Positions 1-13,569 of a DNA stretch of 64,000 nucleotides are shown here, piece by piece. Below the pieces are notes generated by a model that had not been told where the DNA came from, searched no databases, and worked only from the letters and a program-made list of their open reading frames with translations. This stretch comes from Eledone cirrhosa (Eukaryota), in assembly GCA_964016885.1 (NCBI GenBank), contig OZ024753.1, forward strand, positions 6,138,001 to 6,202,000, given 5' to 3'. The position numbers and the translations under genes are program-made. Every line of letters begins with the position of its first letter. Positions within the stretch are counted from its first letter, which is position 1.

Positions 1-200
1 CCCCATAAGGATGAAAGGCAAAGTTAACCTCGGCGGGATTTGAGCTCAGATCATAAAGAGCCGTAACTCTATGCTGCGAAGCATGGCGTCCTAAATAATT
101 GTTTCTACTTTTGACACAAGGCCAGCAATTATAGCAGTGTATTACTGGTACTCTATTTTATCAACCCCGTAAGGATGAAAGGCAAAGTTAACCTCGGCGT
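1..200 (-). mobile_element. two partial copies of the abundant tRNA-type SINE
   Basis: Reverse complement of the SINE core (TTTGCCTTTCATCCTTACGGGGTCGATAAAATAAAGTACCAGT) occurs twice; the flank GGCGTCCT(A/T)AATAAT is repeated at about 85 and 196. Confidence 0.85.
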
Positions 201-875
201 CCTTAATAATAAAATGTATAATGTATAATGATATCTATTCAAAGTATCAGCGTTCTAACCCATCTTGATCTGTTAGTCGGATGTATGCAAATAAGTACAT
301 ATCCCATCAGTCAGTTGCTTAACAAACCGGAAGTGGCATACAAATTTTCAGTACGTTTGCCTAGTTGTACCTATTCCTGTTTTCCTGTGTCTTCAACAAC
401 TCAAACGTTAAAATGAAATGGTAAGTTAATAATTACTAAACCAGAATTATTACTAAGTGTGTGTAATTGTGTTATGTATTAATTCTATCCCCTTAATTTT
501 CGTTGAATGTCCACACATATATATATTTATATCCACACACATATATATTTTTATGATGCATATATGTGAATATGAGGTAGTAGGTATACGAAAAATATTA
601 TTGATATCCCGTTAGACCAACGGAATAAATGATTTGGGTCATTTGTTTTGGCTTCTTATCTTCTGAATTCAAATCCTGCCGTGGTCATTTTTTAACTTTC
701 ATCGTTCCTGCGATGGGGGAGGGGAAAAGTGCATATAATACCTATCAATTTTTAGGGTCTATATAATCAGCTCTCCCACCATCCCTTTAACATTATTTTT
801 ACTAAAGTTATTGGTATATAAGTTTTTTTTTCCTATTTTATTTTGTTACTTTTTACAACATTAAATTTATTGCAG

Positions 876-1042
876 TATCGCAGGAAATAACTATGGTGGT
901 TTTACTGTGACTGACGTCGCCAAAATTTGCACTGAGCTTAACACGGATTTACTTACGGACATATATGGATATCTACGATATTTGCACGGACAGGAATCTA
1001 CGTGCTTGAACATAAACAAGTGGAATTATGGTCACCATTTAG
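876..1042 (+). CDS. candidate internal coding exon of an unidentified gene (weak resemblance to S28 prolylcarboxypeptidase-type proteins)
   Basis: Acceptor TTTATTGCAG and consensus donor AG|GTAAGT; 167 nt open in one frame: IAGNNYGGFTVTDVAKICTELNTDLLTDIYGYLRYLHGQESTCLNINKWNYGHHL; phase 2 in, phase 1 out. Confidence 0.5.
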
Positions 1043-1558
1043 GTAAGTCCTTTGTTAATAGCTTTTGGATTAATATACTGTAAATACACAGCAAACATTC
1101 ACGAACTAACGCAATTTATTTCATTTTTATTTTCATTACATTTGTCTATATTTTGTTCTTTATATGTGACATAATGATAGAAATTAGTGTTGTTCCTCCA
1201 CATTCAGAATAAATATACTGATCCTCTTTGTATTTGTGTATAAATTGAACCGAATATCCTATTGCCTTATGTGTTGTAACTATTATATCTTATACGTATA
1301 TATATATATATATAATATATGTATATATACATAGATATATATATGTCACATGAATACATCAATTTCAGTTAAAGGACTAACATGTATATATATATATAAT
1401 GTGTGTGTGTGTGTATAATGTCACAAGAATACAATCTCACAGTTACAGGACTAACATTTATACACACATATATATATATATATATATATACATATATATG
1501 TATTTGTGTTCATAGATGTGTGTGTATACATTTTTGTATACATATATATTTATCTGCC

Positions 1559-1593
<35 letters not shown>

Positions 1594-2499
1594 TGTGTGT
1601 GTATGCAAGTATGTACGTGTACTCACACGCTATCATTCACGTCACATCTACTCTTCAATATTATGTTCCCTCCAAGTTTTCATATTTCTATATATCTATA
1701 TATATGTAGCCTTTGATATTTAAAATACTAATATATCTACCGGCGGCTTCACTACCCCCTTAGGCTCCATTGACCCCCATACCATTCCCCACCCCCACCC
1801 CACACTTTGAGAACCTCTGATATAGTACAATTCTCTCCCTGGACTAAATGGCAGGCCACCATCGCAGGATTAAACCCTGAGCTATTGCTGGCATTTATAT
1901 TTTCGACTGAGTACAATGAAGCAATGTAAAATATACTTTGCTCCGAAAACACGGATGTTTTACAAAAAACTCCACGCAGGCGTGTGTCCATCCTATAAAG
2001 ATTCAAACTCTATTCTCTGATTCTTTCTTAGGTTTACGTAAATGTAATAAAGAACAAAACAATACAAAACCTTACTTTTCATACCGATATTTAACTACCA
2101 TGAATATATATTGATTTGATTGATTATAGGTAGTGACTAGTAGTCGAGAATTGTTGCTATATATTTCATCAAATCAATGCATATTCATCTAGAAAACTAC
2201 GAATGGTTTCATTTAATTCAATTGAAATTGATTCATAAAAAAATGAAATACTGTGGGAATGATGAAATTTGATGTTATGTTTCCTGTTGTAGGTGTTTGT
2301 TAGGGAAACATATGTAGAAATATTCTGTTAATGCTATATTATTCTCATATATAATTTTTATTTGTGGCATTTTTATTTTACTTAATATCCCTTCTATTGT
2401 GGCAGCATATACAAAGCAAATTCACTCACCATTCTCTTATATTTAAGTATTTCTCATCCAGTACCCATTGTATCTCTTTCATCTTTCTCTCTCCTCTGT

Positions 2500-2538
<39 letters not shown>

Positions 2539-2887
2539 TGCGTGTGTGTGCGTGTCTGAGCGTGCGAGTGTGTGTGTGTGTATATTTATAAATGGAAAGA
2601 CAATTGCGCATGTTGTCATGAAAGAGGTATAATGCATTGTATATATCGACAGTCGATCGATAAGATTTCAGACCTCATTCGCTTAACGAGTGGAGTGGAG
2701 CTCGTCAAAGCGGACCGAGGAAACAAGGTTTCCATTCGTCTATCTATCGGTCGCAAATTCAGGCAGAAAGGAACAACGAGAAATAGTGTGTGTGTGGCTG
2801 AAGGGCATAATGTATTGCTCTGTTCGACAATCGAAATCACAACCTCATGATTACGAATCCAATTTTCTAAACACTCAGCCACGTAGC

Positions 2888-2919
<32 letters not shown>

Positions 2920-3057
2920 AATATTATGAAGCACCAAGGAGTCAATATGGTTTTAAACTAACAGATGTTTCCGTCGACACATCGCCATCCCGAGGATGAT
3001 CCCCATTGCATAAGATCTAAACCCTCTGGTAAAATGTACACTCAATAATAACACTGT

Positions 3058-3097
<40 letters not shown>

Positions 3098-3103
3098 GTG
3101 TGT

Positions 3104-3275
3104 ATGAAAAGAGTCAGGACCCCGACGGTTGAGCTCCGTTCGGATCTAGCGAAATGGCCGGAGCTCAGCCGTCGGGGTCCTGAATATTTTCATATTAACC
3201 ACTCTACTGCCTCAAGTATCGAGTACTCTGGTGGGTTATGATCTCTACCTGGTACTCTATTACACCCTATCTTTT
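3104..3275 (+). mobile_element. Penelope-pLTR-like fold-back element, family B
   Basis: Inverted arms TCAGGACCCCGACGG..GAGCTCCG / CGGAGCTCAGCCGTCGGGGTCCTGA, then the family tail AAGTATCGAGTACTCTGGTG; flanked by TA/TG and TATG microsatellite. Confidence 0.7.
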
Positions 3276-4235
3276 ATGTATGTATGTATGTATGTATGTA
3301 TGTATGTATGTATATATATATATATATGTATATATATATGTATATGTATATATGTGTGTGTGTGTGTGTGTTTGTGTGCGCGCGCGCGCACGCACACACA
3401 CAGATAGAAGGCTGATGTGTGGATACATACATGCATATATACACATGGGTTTTTATGTGTGTATGTATACATTTGTAGTATAGTGACATGTCATATATTG
3501 AGATTTGTATTTAATTTACTTTAGAATATATGCGTATATATCAATATTTTTATGAGTGTTTATCGTCTAAGATCAATTTCTTGAAGATATGAGAATAATA
3601 TATTTTATGAATAATTGATGGATTCTTAAATAAACTTCTGAAAGATGAAGGAAACGTGATATGTGATATAATTTAAAAGGTGTTTGTTATTCATTCGACA
3701 GGTGTATTTTCGTTTCGTTATATTTCTAAACAAATGTCTAGAATGACTGAAATTATATGCAAATCGATGTGCAAATAGAGCTAGTAAATATATTCATTAA
3801 AACATACGTTAATCTAGTAACATAAAATATCTTGAAATGAAATAGAAGATACAAAATTTAAAATATTACAAATATTCAAATATATATTAATACACAGATT
3901 TATCAATAGGAACATAACTCAAGTTTCATCTATTTCCTCTTTATCAAGTTTTTTCTACCTAGTTGGAACTCATTTCACTATACTCTACTTATTATATCAA
4001 GTTTTCGCATTAAACATACATATGCTATGTTTGCTATCTCACTTTATATTAATGTATGTCTGAAGATGTTTACTTCTTTGCAACTGTATAGCCCCTTCAC
4101 AAATATACACACAATTTCAAATGAATTGTATAATAAGGAATACGCTTATGGATAATATATGTACGCAGATCTGGCTCAACTAATACAATAGTTTGACATT
4201 ACCGATCAGGCAACAACTTATTATATGCATGTCGG

Positions 4236-4412
4236 TGGATTGGCAGAATTGGCAAAGAGTCGGACACCATGTTTGCAGCATGGTTAAGGCTTTAACCATG
4301 AGTCCAAATTCCGCCGAGGTAAACTTTGCCTTTCATCCTTGCGGGGTCGATAAAATAAAGTAGCAATAATGTACTGGAATCATTGCTGGCCTTGTGCCAA
4401 AAGTAGAAACAA
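4236..4412 (+). mobile_element. tRNA-type SINE, full length
   Basis: Head GGTGGATTGGCAG, B-box-like GAGTCCAAATTCC, core GCCTTTCATCC..GGGGTCGATAAAATAAAG, tail GGCCTTGTGCCAAAAGTAGAAACAATT. Confidence 0.9.
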
Positions 4413-4423
4413 TTGTGTGTGTG

Positions 4424-4469
<46 letters not shown>

Positions 4470-5759
4470 AGCAAAAGAAATCGAAAATGCAACTGGGTCT
4501 TTTTAAGAATATTTATGTTTCCTTTAAAGGTTTCAAGGTTCTTATGCTTTTCAAAAGTAGAATTGAAATGGAGAGTCTCTGGCTTTTCTCGCATATATAT
4601 AAGAATAACATTAAAAAAGATGCTTGTATTACATAAATCGTTTACCGTCTTTCTTAATGTTATTCCTATACTGAATCTCCATCGTAACTACAGATTGCGA
4701 ACGTAAACCTTTCTCCTGTGTTCTCCTGTTTTTACGATAACAAATTTTAATGACTACGCTTAATCATTATACTCTGACACTTCGTTCCTACATATTACTA
4801 ATTATCTATCTACACGCACGCACGCACACTCGCTCGCTCGTTGTTACAGCTCACAACTATGCGGGTTTAGATGGGCTCCTCCAAGGTATATCTCGTTGGA
4901 GGTGTCTTGGGTGATTTAATGATAAGGACCTCAGTTCTATCATCTCATTTCTACAGCTGAGTATATATATATATATATATATAAAATCAGAATGTTATGA
5001 CTCGTCAGAAATATATATATTCATGAAAATCTTGGCTGTTATTAACAAACAAAATTACCAATACATAGAGGTAGGGAGTCAAACTGAGAATAATTGTCGC
5101 AGAATCATTTATTCGAAACCACTTTCTGAACCATATTTCAAAATATTCCGAGTCAGGTACAAGATGACATATACTCTATTGAATATATGTCTTCCTCTGT
5201 CCAAGAGGACGCAATTTTCTCCTCGTCATTGTAATTTTTATTCTAATATGTGATCATCCATTAAACCTGGAAACAATTATGTACGATACGTATGATGCAA
5301 CTCCTAGAGGGAAAATTATATTACGATGGAGAAACAATATTGGCTCAAAATTAACACGAATATATTATCGGGGCATGAACACGTTTTTCTTTTGGGGAAT
5401 ACATAAAAGGACGACCACAAACATTTTACATGGGTTTTTCACGCCCTACCACTGATAATGCACGACTGTTTTTACATATCTTCATAACAGAATGTTGCAG
5501 CAAAATTACATGTTTTACAAATATACAGACACATTTGAGACGATTAAAAGCAGGATTATAGTCAATTTTGTCGGCATTGACTGCTTGTTTAGGATTTGTA
5601 ACTCGTACAAGGATTATTCTCCACACTATATGTACATCACTTATCGTTGATACTTGAATTACCTGTACATGACACGTATTTTAATATGGAAGGCTTGCAG
5701 GTTTCAATCATAGATTATTTTCAAATACATAACTCATGCAACACCTATATATTCCTCTA

Positions 5760-6200
5760 ACCATCTTCGCGTTCCGCGGTGTCAAACCCCTCATCTAGGA
5801 TGCCACTTGCAGCGACACTTTCTCCAGCCCAGGTTTTACTGCACGTCGGGCTGAGGAGGGCAAACTCTCCAAGTATCGGTCGCTCTCCGACGGGTTTTCG
5901 GTCATGCCCTTGGCAAAGGAGACTTCCGGTGTCCTTGGCCCTAACGCCACCTCTCTACACACCACCATAGACACTGAGCTGGCTGGCCGCAGGTGTGAGC
6001 CTCGCGAGATGAAATGGCTCTTCCAACGCATCTCCTTTACCATCCCCCGGGGAAACGCCTTCTCCATTCTGTTTACCGGGTCCGTGGGGAGGCCAGCACG
6101 TAGGACCCCATTTGCTCACCATACAGAGAGATGGGGAGGGCGAGAGATATCAATGTGATGACGGTGGGAGTTCGGCTCTTCTACGTTCGGACCATATCCT
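5760..6200 (+). mobile_element. CRE-clade non-LTR retrotransposon 3' fragment (restriction-like endonuclease region), decayed
   Basis: GC-rich island translating TIFAFRGVKPLI*DATCSDTF...ARRAEEGKLSKYRSL...PLAKETSGVLG...REMKWLFQRISFTIPRGNAFSIL, matching the WDAT..DT / AE..K..KY / ET.G..G / QR.S..I.RGNA pattern of CRE-type REL domains. Confidence 0.75.
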
Positions 6201-7170
6201 TGTGTTCAATATCTATATAGAAAATTATTTATTTCCCAACTCCCTCTTCCAAAGAAATGTTCCTCTGATTATTATAGGGAAGTTTTATTAAGTGTTAACA
6301 TTTCTCTTTCTTCAACTGGATGGTATCTTCTGTCCATTCTTTACATATTGATCTCATCACTACTCAGTGATCAACATATTAGCAATTATATATTTTGCTA
6401 CTTTAAACCATATAAATTTCCTAATTTGTATCAAAATCCCAGTGTGAATTAGGAGCGCTATAGTATGACCTATAACATTGATTTTAACTATCTCCCCTTT
6501 TCACTCCATTAACGTAATTACTTTAACTCAGAACCAGGCTTAATCAATTTATCAACATTCCATTTAATTATCTAAACTCCAACTCAAGAAATTAATAATA
6601 AAGTGTTAATAAATTTGTTGTATTTTATATAAATTTTCCTACAAATATTTGTGAGAAAGTAATATATTTAATTTCATTTTGGCTGACCAAAGGTAAATAA
6701 TATCAAGTTAATTATTATTTTATCTATATATGTTGACATTTATAACTTACCACATGATTTAAGTTATATCAGGCTAGAAATATTTTTTTTTATATTTTAC
6801 TATTTTTATGTTTATCTTATTACTTGCTTTACGTTGAGTGTCTCGCTTCTGAAAAGCGTCTGAATATAGGGTTTGAATAATGTTTCTTTTTTAAAGAGTT
6901 CCTATTTACCTGATAGTTCATCTTTCCAAATTCCTTTACACATTATTGATTCTTCTACATTGGTTCTACATTGATATACAAGTTTCATTTTATTTGATAC
7001 TTTTTGTATAACTTTTTTAAGTATTTAAGCAATTTACGGTCGAATCTTCAGTCGAATATTGATGACTGAAATACTCAGGACTGCAAGTATATATCATATT
7101 AGTATATATCATATTGTTCATGTTCATACACGGAACAAAAGCCATACCTCACGTTTCAAGGCCCAAAGTT

Positions 7171-7219
<49 letters not shown>

Positions 7220-7231
7220 TTTAATATAGAT

Positions 7232-7283
7232 GAGATTCTACAGGACTAGAACTGTTTCATTCTTTAGAAATCATCAGGAATCT
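7232..7283 (-). ncRNA. type I hammerhead ribozyme motif, inverted twin
   Basis: Minus strand AGATTC-CTGATGA-TTTCTAAAGAAT-GAAA-CAG-TTCTAGTC-CTG-TA-GAATCTC. Confidence 0.65.
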
Positions 7284-7336
7284 GAGATTCCTGATGATTT
7301 CTAAAGAATGAAACGGTTCTCGTCCTGTAGGATCTC
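7284..7336 (+). ncRNA. type I hammerhead ribozyme motif (minimal, PLE type)
   Basis: GAGATTC-CTGATGA-TTTCTAAAGAAT-GAAA-CGG-TTCTCGTC-CTG-TA-GGATCTC: 7-bp stem I (one G.U), intact core, short stem II with U.U first pair, stem III, GUA cleavage triplet ending at 7329. Confidence 0.65.
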
Positions 7337-7599
7337 ATCTATATTAAAACTTTTATACTCTGCAATGTATTGAGTACCTTACTTACTGTGGTTACCTCCG
7401 ATTCAACCCGGAATAACGTACTATATATATATATATATATGAGAGAGAGCGAGATGTAAAATACCGACCGCGGCGCCAAGCAGTTTCGGCTTCTGTTCAG
7501 GAATTCTTTTATATATATAGTAGTAGTAATAGATACAAACATCATATATCTATGCAATTCTTTTCTTTTTGCGAAGCGAGATACTCAGTCTTCATTAGG

Positions 7600-7832
7600 A
7601 TGTCTCTGTAGGAGTAGGTTACTCTGATATAAAAAGTTCATTTGCATCCAATGATGTAGATCTGTTCTTCTCTTTGCGCAAATGCAATCAGCTTCAAGTA
7701 GAGGTATAGCTTGATATGTTTTTCGATGCATGGTAAGTCTCTAGCAGGACTAAAAATCTACATCCGTGATGTTCAAGCTTAAGTATCAAGTGATTGCTTT
7801 AGTCGAAATCGAGTTGCAGCCATCATCACCAT
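7600..7832 (+). mobile_element. old diverged bipartite RTE-derived element (family X-like)
   Basis: ACTCTGATATAA..CATCCAATGATGT..TGTTCTTC and the end AAGTCTCTAGCAGGACTAAAA..TCGAAATCGAGTTGCAGCCATCAT resemble family X. Confidence 0.55.
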
Positions 7833-8155
7833 GTATGCACGTATTTATGTAATCCATGAATGTATACATATTTATATATAGAGAGAGGTGAAAGAGATGT
7901 ATACACATATATTCCAAGATTTCTTATTGGTAACTGAATGTTTGCATGTTACATGAAACATATTACACATTTTAATGTAATTTATTATTTTTCGCGAGAA
8001 TAATTGGACTCATAATTCGTTTAACATATGGATATCGAAACCAAATTTTTTATTTATATTTATTATTAATTCCATGGAAACAAATCAAAGATATTTTAAT
8101 ATAATTTTATAATTTTATATTTAAAATTTTAAGAGATACAGTCTCAATATGATAC

Positions 8156-8193
<38 letters not shown>

Positions 8194-8793
8194 CTATATT
8201 TCGATCAGGGATATTTTCCCTTGGAAATTCTTTGGCGATAGTGTGTCCTATTTTTGTTCCAAATTCAATTTCAACAGAGAACATGCCTATTGTATATTAA
8301 ATAACAATTACATTCTACATATTGCAACTTGATATTAGTCACGATGGATAACTCCTACATGTATTATACATCTGAAAACATTATGTAATAAATTATATAT
8401 TCCTTATTTTGAATATTCTTTTGCCTTTATTACGTATCCACCCGAAGTATTATTGATCATTATCTGAAATATTATTAACGGATACTGAAAATCTTGTATA
8501 TTCGTAAGTTAATATAGTATAGTATTCCCAAGAACCGTTTTGAAATAGGCTTCTGTTATTTGGATGATAATCACAATTTTGTTTAATACTGTTAGGTTAA
8601 ATATATACTTTGTTTGAATCTTCAATTCCCTGTGGCATTATGTAACGTATAAAGTAAAATATGAAATATATTGTATAACTTATTGACTAATATTACAACA
8701 GTTATTAAGTCAAAGACTGGCGATCAGTTATCCAAGTAAGATCAGTACTGTTATGAAATATACTGTCAACGAAAAACAATGGTAATTTTTGTT

Positions 8794-9213
8794 GCTACTA
8801 CTACTACTGCTGCTATCACTACCACTACTACCACTACTACCACTACTACTAATCCTTTTACTAATCCTCTTCCTACTAATCCCCTTCCTCCTACTAATCC
8901 CCTTCCTCCTACTAATCCCCTTCCTCCTACTAATCCCCTTCCTCCTACTGATCCCCTTCCTCCTACTGATCCCCTTCCTCCTACTGATCCCCTTCCTCCT
9001 ACTGATCCCCTTCCTCCTACTAATCTTTTTCCTCCTAATCGTTTTCCTCCTAATCTTTTTCCTCCTAATCTTTTTCCTCCTAATCTTTTTCCTCCTAATC
9101 TTTTTCCTCCTAATCTTTTTCCTCCTAATCTTTTTCCTCCTACTAATCTTCTTCCTCCTACTAATCCTCTTCCTATTAGTAATACTACTGATAATAGTAG
9201 TAGTAGTAGTAGT
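8794..9213. repeat. (CTA)/(CCT)-derived compound minisatellite with 21-bp and 15-bp units
   Basis: CCTCCTACT(A/G)ATCCCCTT-type and CCTCCTAATCTTTTT units bracketed by (CTA)n and (TAG)n. Confidence 0.9.
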
Positions 9214-9292
9214 AAAATGGTGGTTGGTGTGGGGGTGGTGGTATTGGCTGTGGACTCAGTAGTAGTCTTTTAATTTAGACACAAGTTCATTA

Positions 9293-9476
9293 TTGGATTG
9301 GCAGTATTGGTAGTGTCGGATGCCATGCTTTGGCGCATAGTTACGGCCCTTGCCATTCTGAGTTCAAATCCCGCGGAGGTTAACTTTGCCTTTCATCCTT
9401 ACGGGGTCGATAAAATAAAGTACCAGTAATACACTGGATATTTGCTGGCGTTGTGCCTAACGTAGAAACAATTATT
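9293..9476 (+). mobile_element. tRNA-type SINE, full length
   Basis: TGGATTGGCAGTATTGGTAG head, GAGTTCAAATCCC B-box, conserved core and tail. Confidence 0.9.
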
Positions 9477-10759
9477 GTATTGGGTACAGAATTTAGTGCA
9501 CTACTTTAGATAAGGCATTTCTGAAAGGAAACGAAGAATTTGACGATTACCTTCAGAAAACAATATAGATAAATAGATATAACAATATAGATAAATAGAT
9601 ATAACAATATAGATAAATAGATATAACACAATTATTTGCAACGAATTCGTTTCGCAGCAGAGAAAATCTATTTTTGAACGCCTGAGAATATCTTCTCCAC
9701 AAAAGATGATATATGTCAACTGGTAGAATCCCTTGAAATTACTACCTTATCATAGTACCAGCTACTATTGTAATTAGAGTTGAACACATTTTTACCCATG
9801 CGTTTATGTATTAGCATATAGACTGATGTAGCTAATATAATTTTTAACAATAAAACAAATGAGAGCAAAATGCTTTCACGTGGTTTTAATCTAATACTAT
9901 TATATCACATAAGGATGAGGAGTTATTTTGTCGATAATATACTAACTTGCAGTCCTGTAGTTGATGTATCTATCTATATATAAGCAAGACACCACGCTAA
10001 GACATTAGAGAAGATTTTTTTTTACATAGCGATGAAAGAGATTGGCGCTATTGGAGTATACTCTCCGGCTCTGCTTTTGATAGCAAAAACCTGAAGTTGA
10101 TTACATCCTCCCAAGTACTCACGTATTATGGATTTCCACGACAAATTAGATTCGCCGCATTAAATACTAATGTGGCTAATTGACAGAAACATTAGAACGT
10201 TGGATAGAGCGCTTTGCAGTATCCTTTTCGGCGCTCTGCACACTGAGTTCAAAGCCTACTCAGGTCAACTTTGCCTTTCATCCATTCAAGACCGACACAA
10301 AATATACCCCTATTACTGACATCGAATCCTCCTCCATATTTCTTTCTCCCACTCTCCATAATTCTCTGGAAAATATCTGCTGAATTCAGACCTGTAGAAA
10401 TATGGGCTCCGCCAGTTTTAAAACAGAGAATGCTCTAAAAACGTCGTATGGACATAAGGCACTCCTACGACTTTGTCGAGAGTTGCCTGTCCATACAAAC
10501 ATCATGTATTGGTTTCGTATGATAAACGTAGCCAAATATTGTATCGATGTTTGCCAAGTACCTGAATATATCCATTGTGATAACGTATGCAACAACAACC
10601 TACACATTCCATGTAAATCATAAATGTTGGGTATTATATATGATAATTTCAACTGTGTATATATTACCACATAATACTCCTAATAAATAACATTTCATAC
10701 AGACAGACACAGGAACTATTTACGTTTAAAAACAGTATATACCTTAAATCTAATTGCGT

Positions 10760-11546
<787 letters not shown>

Positions 11547-11548
<2 letters not shown>

Positions 11549-11883
11549 ACACCTGCAACCCTGATGGTATCCAATGATGTTGAATTGTTCTTCTTTTTGG
11601 TAAATATCATCTTGGTTAAGTGAGTGGGACTGGCTTTGTGCAGTGCCTTTGCTCACTATAAAAGCTTCACGGCACAGGCATTGCTTTATATCTGGAGATC
11701 TCTCTGCACTTGTCGTCACATGGTACCATGGGCCCTGCACTGTGGCAATAATTGTCACAAGTGTAGTGTTTGTACCAGAGTTTTCAAGTCGCTGGCTGGA
11801 CTAAAACGTCACACTCGTTCAGCGCATCTCCTACATGGATATAAAGTAGTGGCCGTACTCGAAAACGAGTTGGCAGCCACCAT
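11547..11883 (+). mobile_element. bipartite RTE-derived non-autonomous element, family X, 5'-truncated
   Basis: Near-identical to 46370-46750; encodes C2H2-like [24 protein letters not shown]; 3' hairpin ACTCG-AAAA-CGAGT and tail GCAGCCACCAT. Confidence 0.85.
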
Positions 11884-12287
11884 GTATATATATGTATATA
11901 TATATGTATATATTTATATATGTGAGTGTGTGTATATATATATGTATATATATGTATATATTTATATATATGTGTGTGTGTATATGTATATATATATATA
12001 TATATATGTGTATGTGTGTATATGTGTATGTGTGTATATATGTATGTGTGTATATATGTATGTGTATATATTCATGTATGTGTATGCATATATGTGTATG
12101 TACGTGTATGTGTATGTATGTATGTGTGTGTTTGTATATACGTGTGTGTATCTCTATGTATGTATATATGGGTATATATTCATGTATATATGGGTATATA
12201 TTCATGTATATGTGTATATATTCATGTATGTATGAATATATATATATATATAGTCATATATATGTATATATATGTCTGTATATATTC

Positions 12288-12323
<36 letters not shown>

Positions 12324-12399
12324 TCATGTATCTACGTATTAAACCTAATTATATTCATTGTACAGAGTATATTTTTAGTTAGTGGCATTATTTTTGTAG

Positions 12400-12536
12400 A
12401 CCAGACAAAGCACGGCGTTGCTCTTTTTGGAATATACATAGGGGGAAACGCCATTACTAATCCTCCTCCAGGCAACATTTTTGCAGAAAGTAAAATTCAG
12501 CGAGTGGCATCTCTAAGATATAATACTGAAATTGGG
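12400..12536 (+). CDS. candidate internal exon
   Basis: TTTTTGTAG acceptor and GG|GTTAGG donor; open frame (D)[45 protein letters not shown]; phase 1 in, compatible with 876-1042. Confidence 0.3.
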
Positions 12537-12669
12537 GTTAGGTGTCTTCCTCTCTTGGTTTGACTTCAGTAGAAATTGGAGAAAGATATACAAGGAGAAT
12601 CAAAATGAGATAGAAATAGAATTATTGTGTGTTGTATGACTAGTATAGAGATCTAATGAAATTACTGGG

Positions 12670-12856
12670 AAATAATTTTCTACTTTTGGCACAAGGCCAC
12701 CAATTGCACATTACATTACTGGTACTTTATTTTATCGACAGCCGTAAGGATGAAAACCAAAGTTGACCTCGGCGGGATTTGAACTCAGAATGGAAAGGGC
12801 CGTTACTATATGCATCAAAGCATGACGTCCGACCCTCTATCGATACTGCCAATCCA
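12670..12856 (-). mobile_element. tRNA-type SINE with 16-bp target site duplication
   Basis: Full SINE flanked by ATTACTGGGAAATAAT at about 12661 and 12856. Confidence 0.9.
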
Positions 12857-13009
12857 TTACTGGGAAATAATGTGAGATGGATTATGACTGAGGAACTCTA
12901 CTAACGAGTGCAATGCGAATACACGCAACTGCGCAAACACACGCACACACACACACATATATAAGTATGTAGGAAGCATTAAGGAACACAGACACACACA
13001 CACAGCTTC

Positions 13010-13175
13010 TTCTTTTGGCACAAGGCCAGCGATTACCTCATTACGTCACTGGTACTTTTATTTTATCGACCTCGTAAGGATGAAAGGCAAAGTTAACCTC
13101 GGCGGGATTTGAACTCACAACGCAAAAGGCAATAACTATGCTGCAAAGCATAGTGTCTGACGTTCTATCGATACA
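13010..13175 (-). mobile_element. tRNA-type SINE
   Basis: Core and tail match the family. Confidence 0.85.
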
Positions 13176-13569
13176 GCCCTAGAAAAACATTACGATCTTC
13201 CTTAATATATATATATATTTTTGTTTGTTTACCCTCGCGTCCCCTTTATTTACGTGTCCCAACGACTTTTTTTAGCCGTTGCTCGCACCAACCGGAGGTA
13301 TATGGTCTTTAAAGCGATGAAATGCCTATGATGGTTGGAAGATCACTGACGAAGGACAAACTTTTTCATATATATATATATATATATGAGTTTTTCGAAT
13401 ATTAATAATATTTGATTCGTTTGCAATTATGCAAACAAGCCTCAATTTTATAGCCATGTCAGGAGAATGAACAATTCATTCTTGCTCTTATGTTGGCATG
13501 CGAACAGAACTGCAGACCTGATCTGATGAATAGACTGGTTATAACAAAGTATTGGTGATCGATTGTATC

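Larger units (their letters stand above)
7213..7420 (+). mobile_element. Penelope-pLTR-like fold-back element, family A
   Basis: About 70 bp inverted arms centred at 7284 (3 mismatches), tail TATTGAGTACCTTACTTACTGTGG..., (TA)n on both sides; near-identical copy at 39549-39731. Confidence 0.8.

Noticed and set aside
2930-3058. Another pLTR/HHR remnant between (TA)n tracts
   Set aside because: GAAACATCTGTT and a GAGTG tail-like motif are present on the minus strand, but the CTGANGA core and stem I are not recoverable
8779-9273. Pro/Thr-rich mucin-like ORF with a hydrophobic end
   Set aside because: Trinucleotide-derived minisatellite that is open in two frames; no supporting splice or domain evidence
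9293-9375. tRNA gene
   Set aside because: A/B-box-like motifs belong to the SINE head; no cloverleaf
10390-10623. Possible next S28 exon (Q|TCRNMG...)
   Set aside because: Weak acceptor, phase incompatible with 876-1042, similarity too marginal
11624-11883. C2H2 zinc-finger gene
   Set aside because: Single finger inside a multicopy RTE-derived element
13454-13558. Candidate exon PCQENEQF...; likewise 21401-21527, 32667-32764, 42071-42274 and 57781-57900
   Set aside because: Open frames, but weak donors or phase conflicts; expected by chance at these lengths
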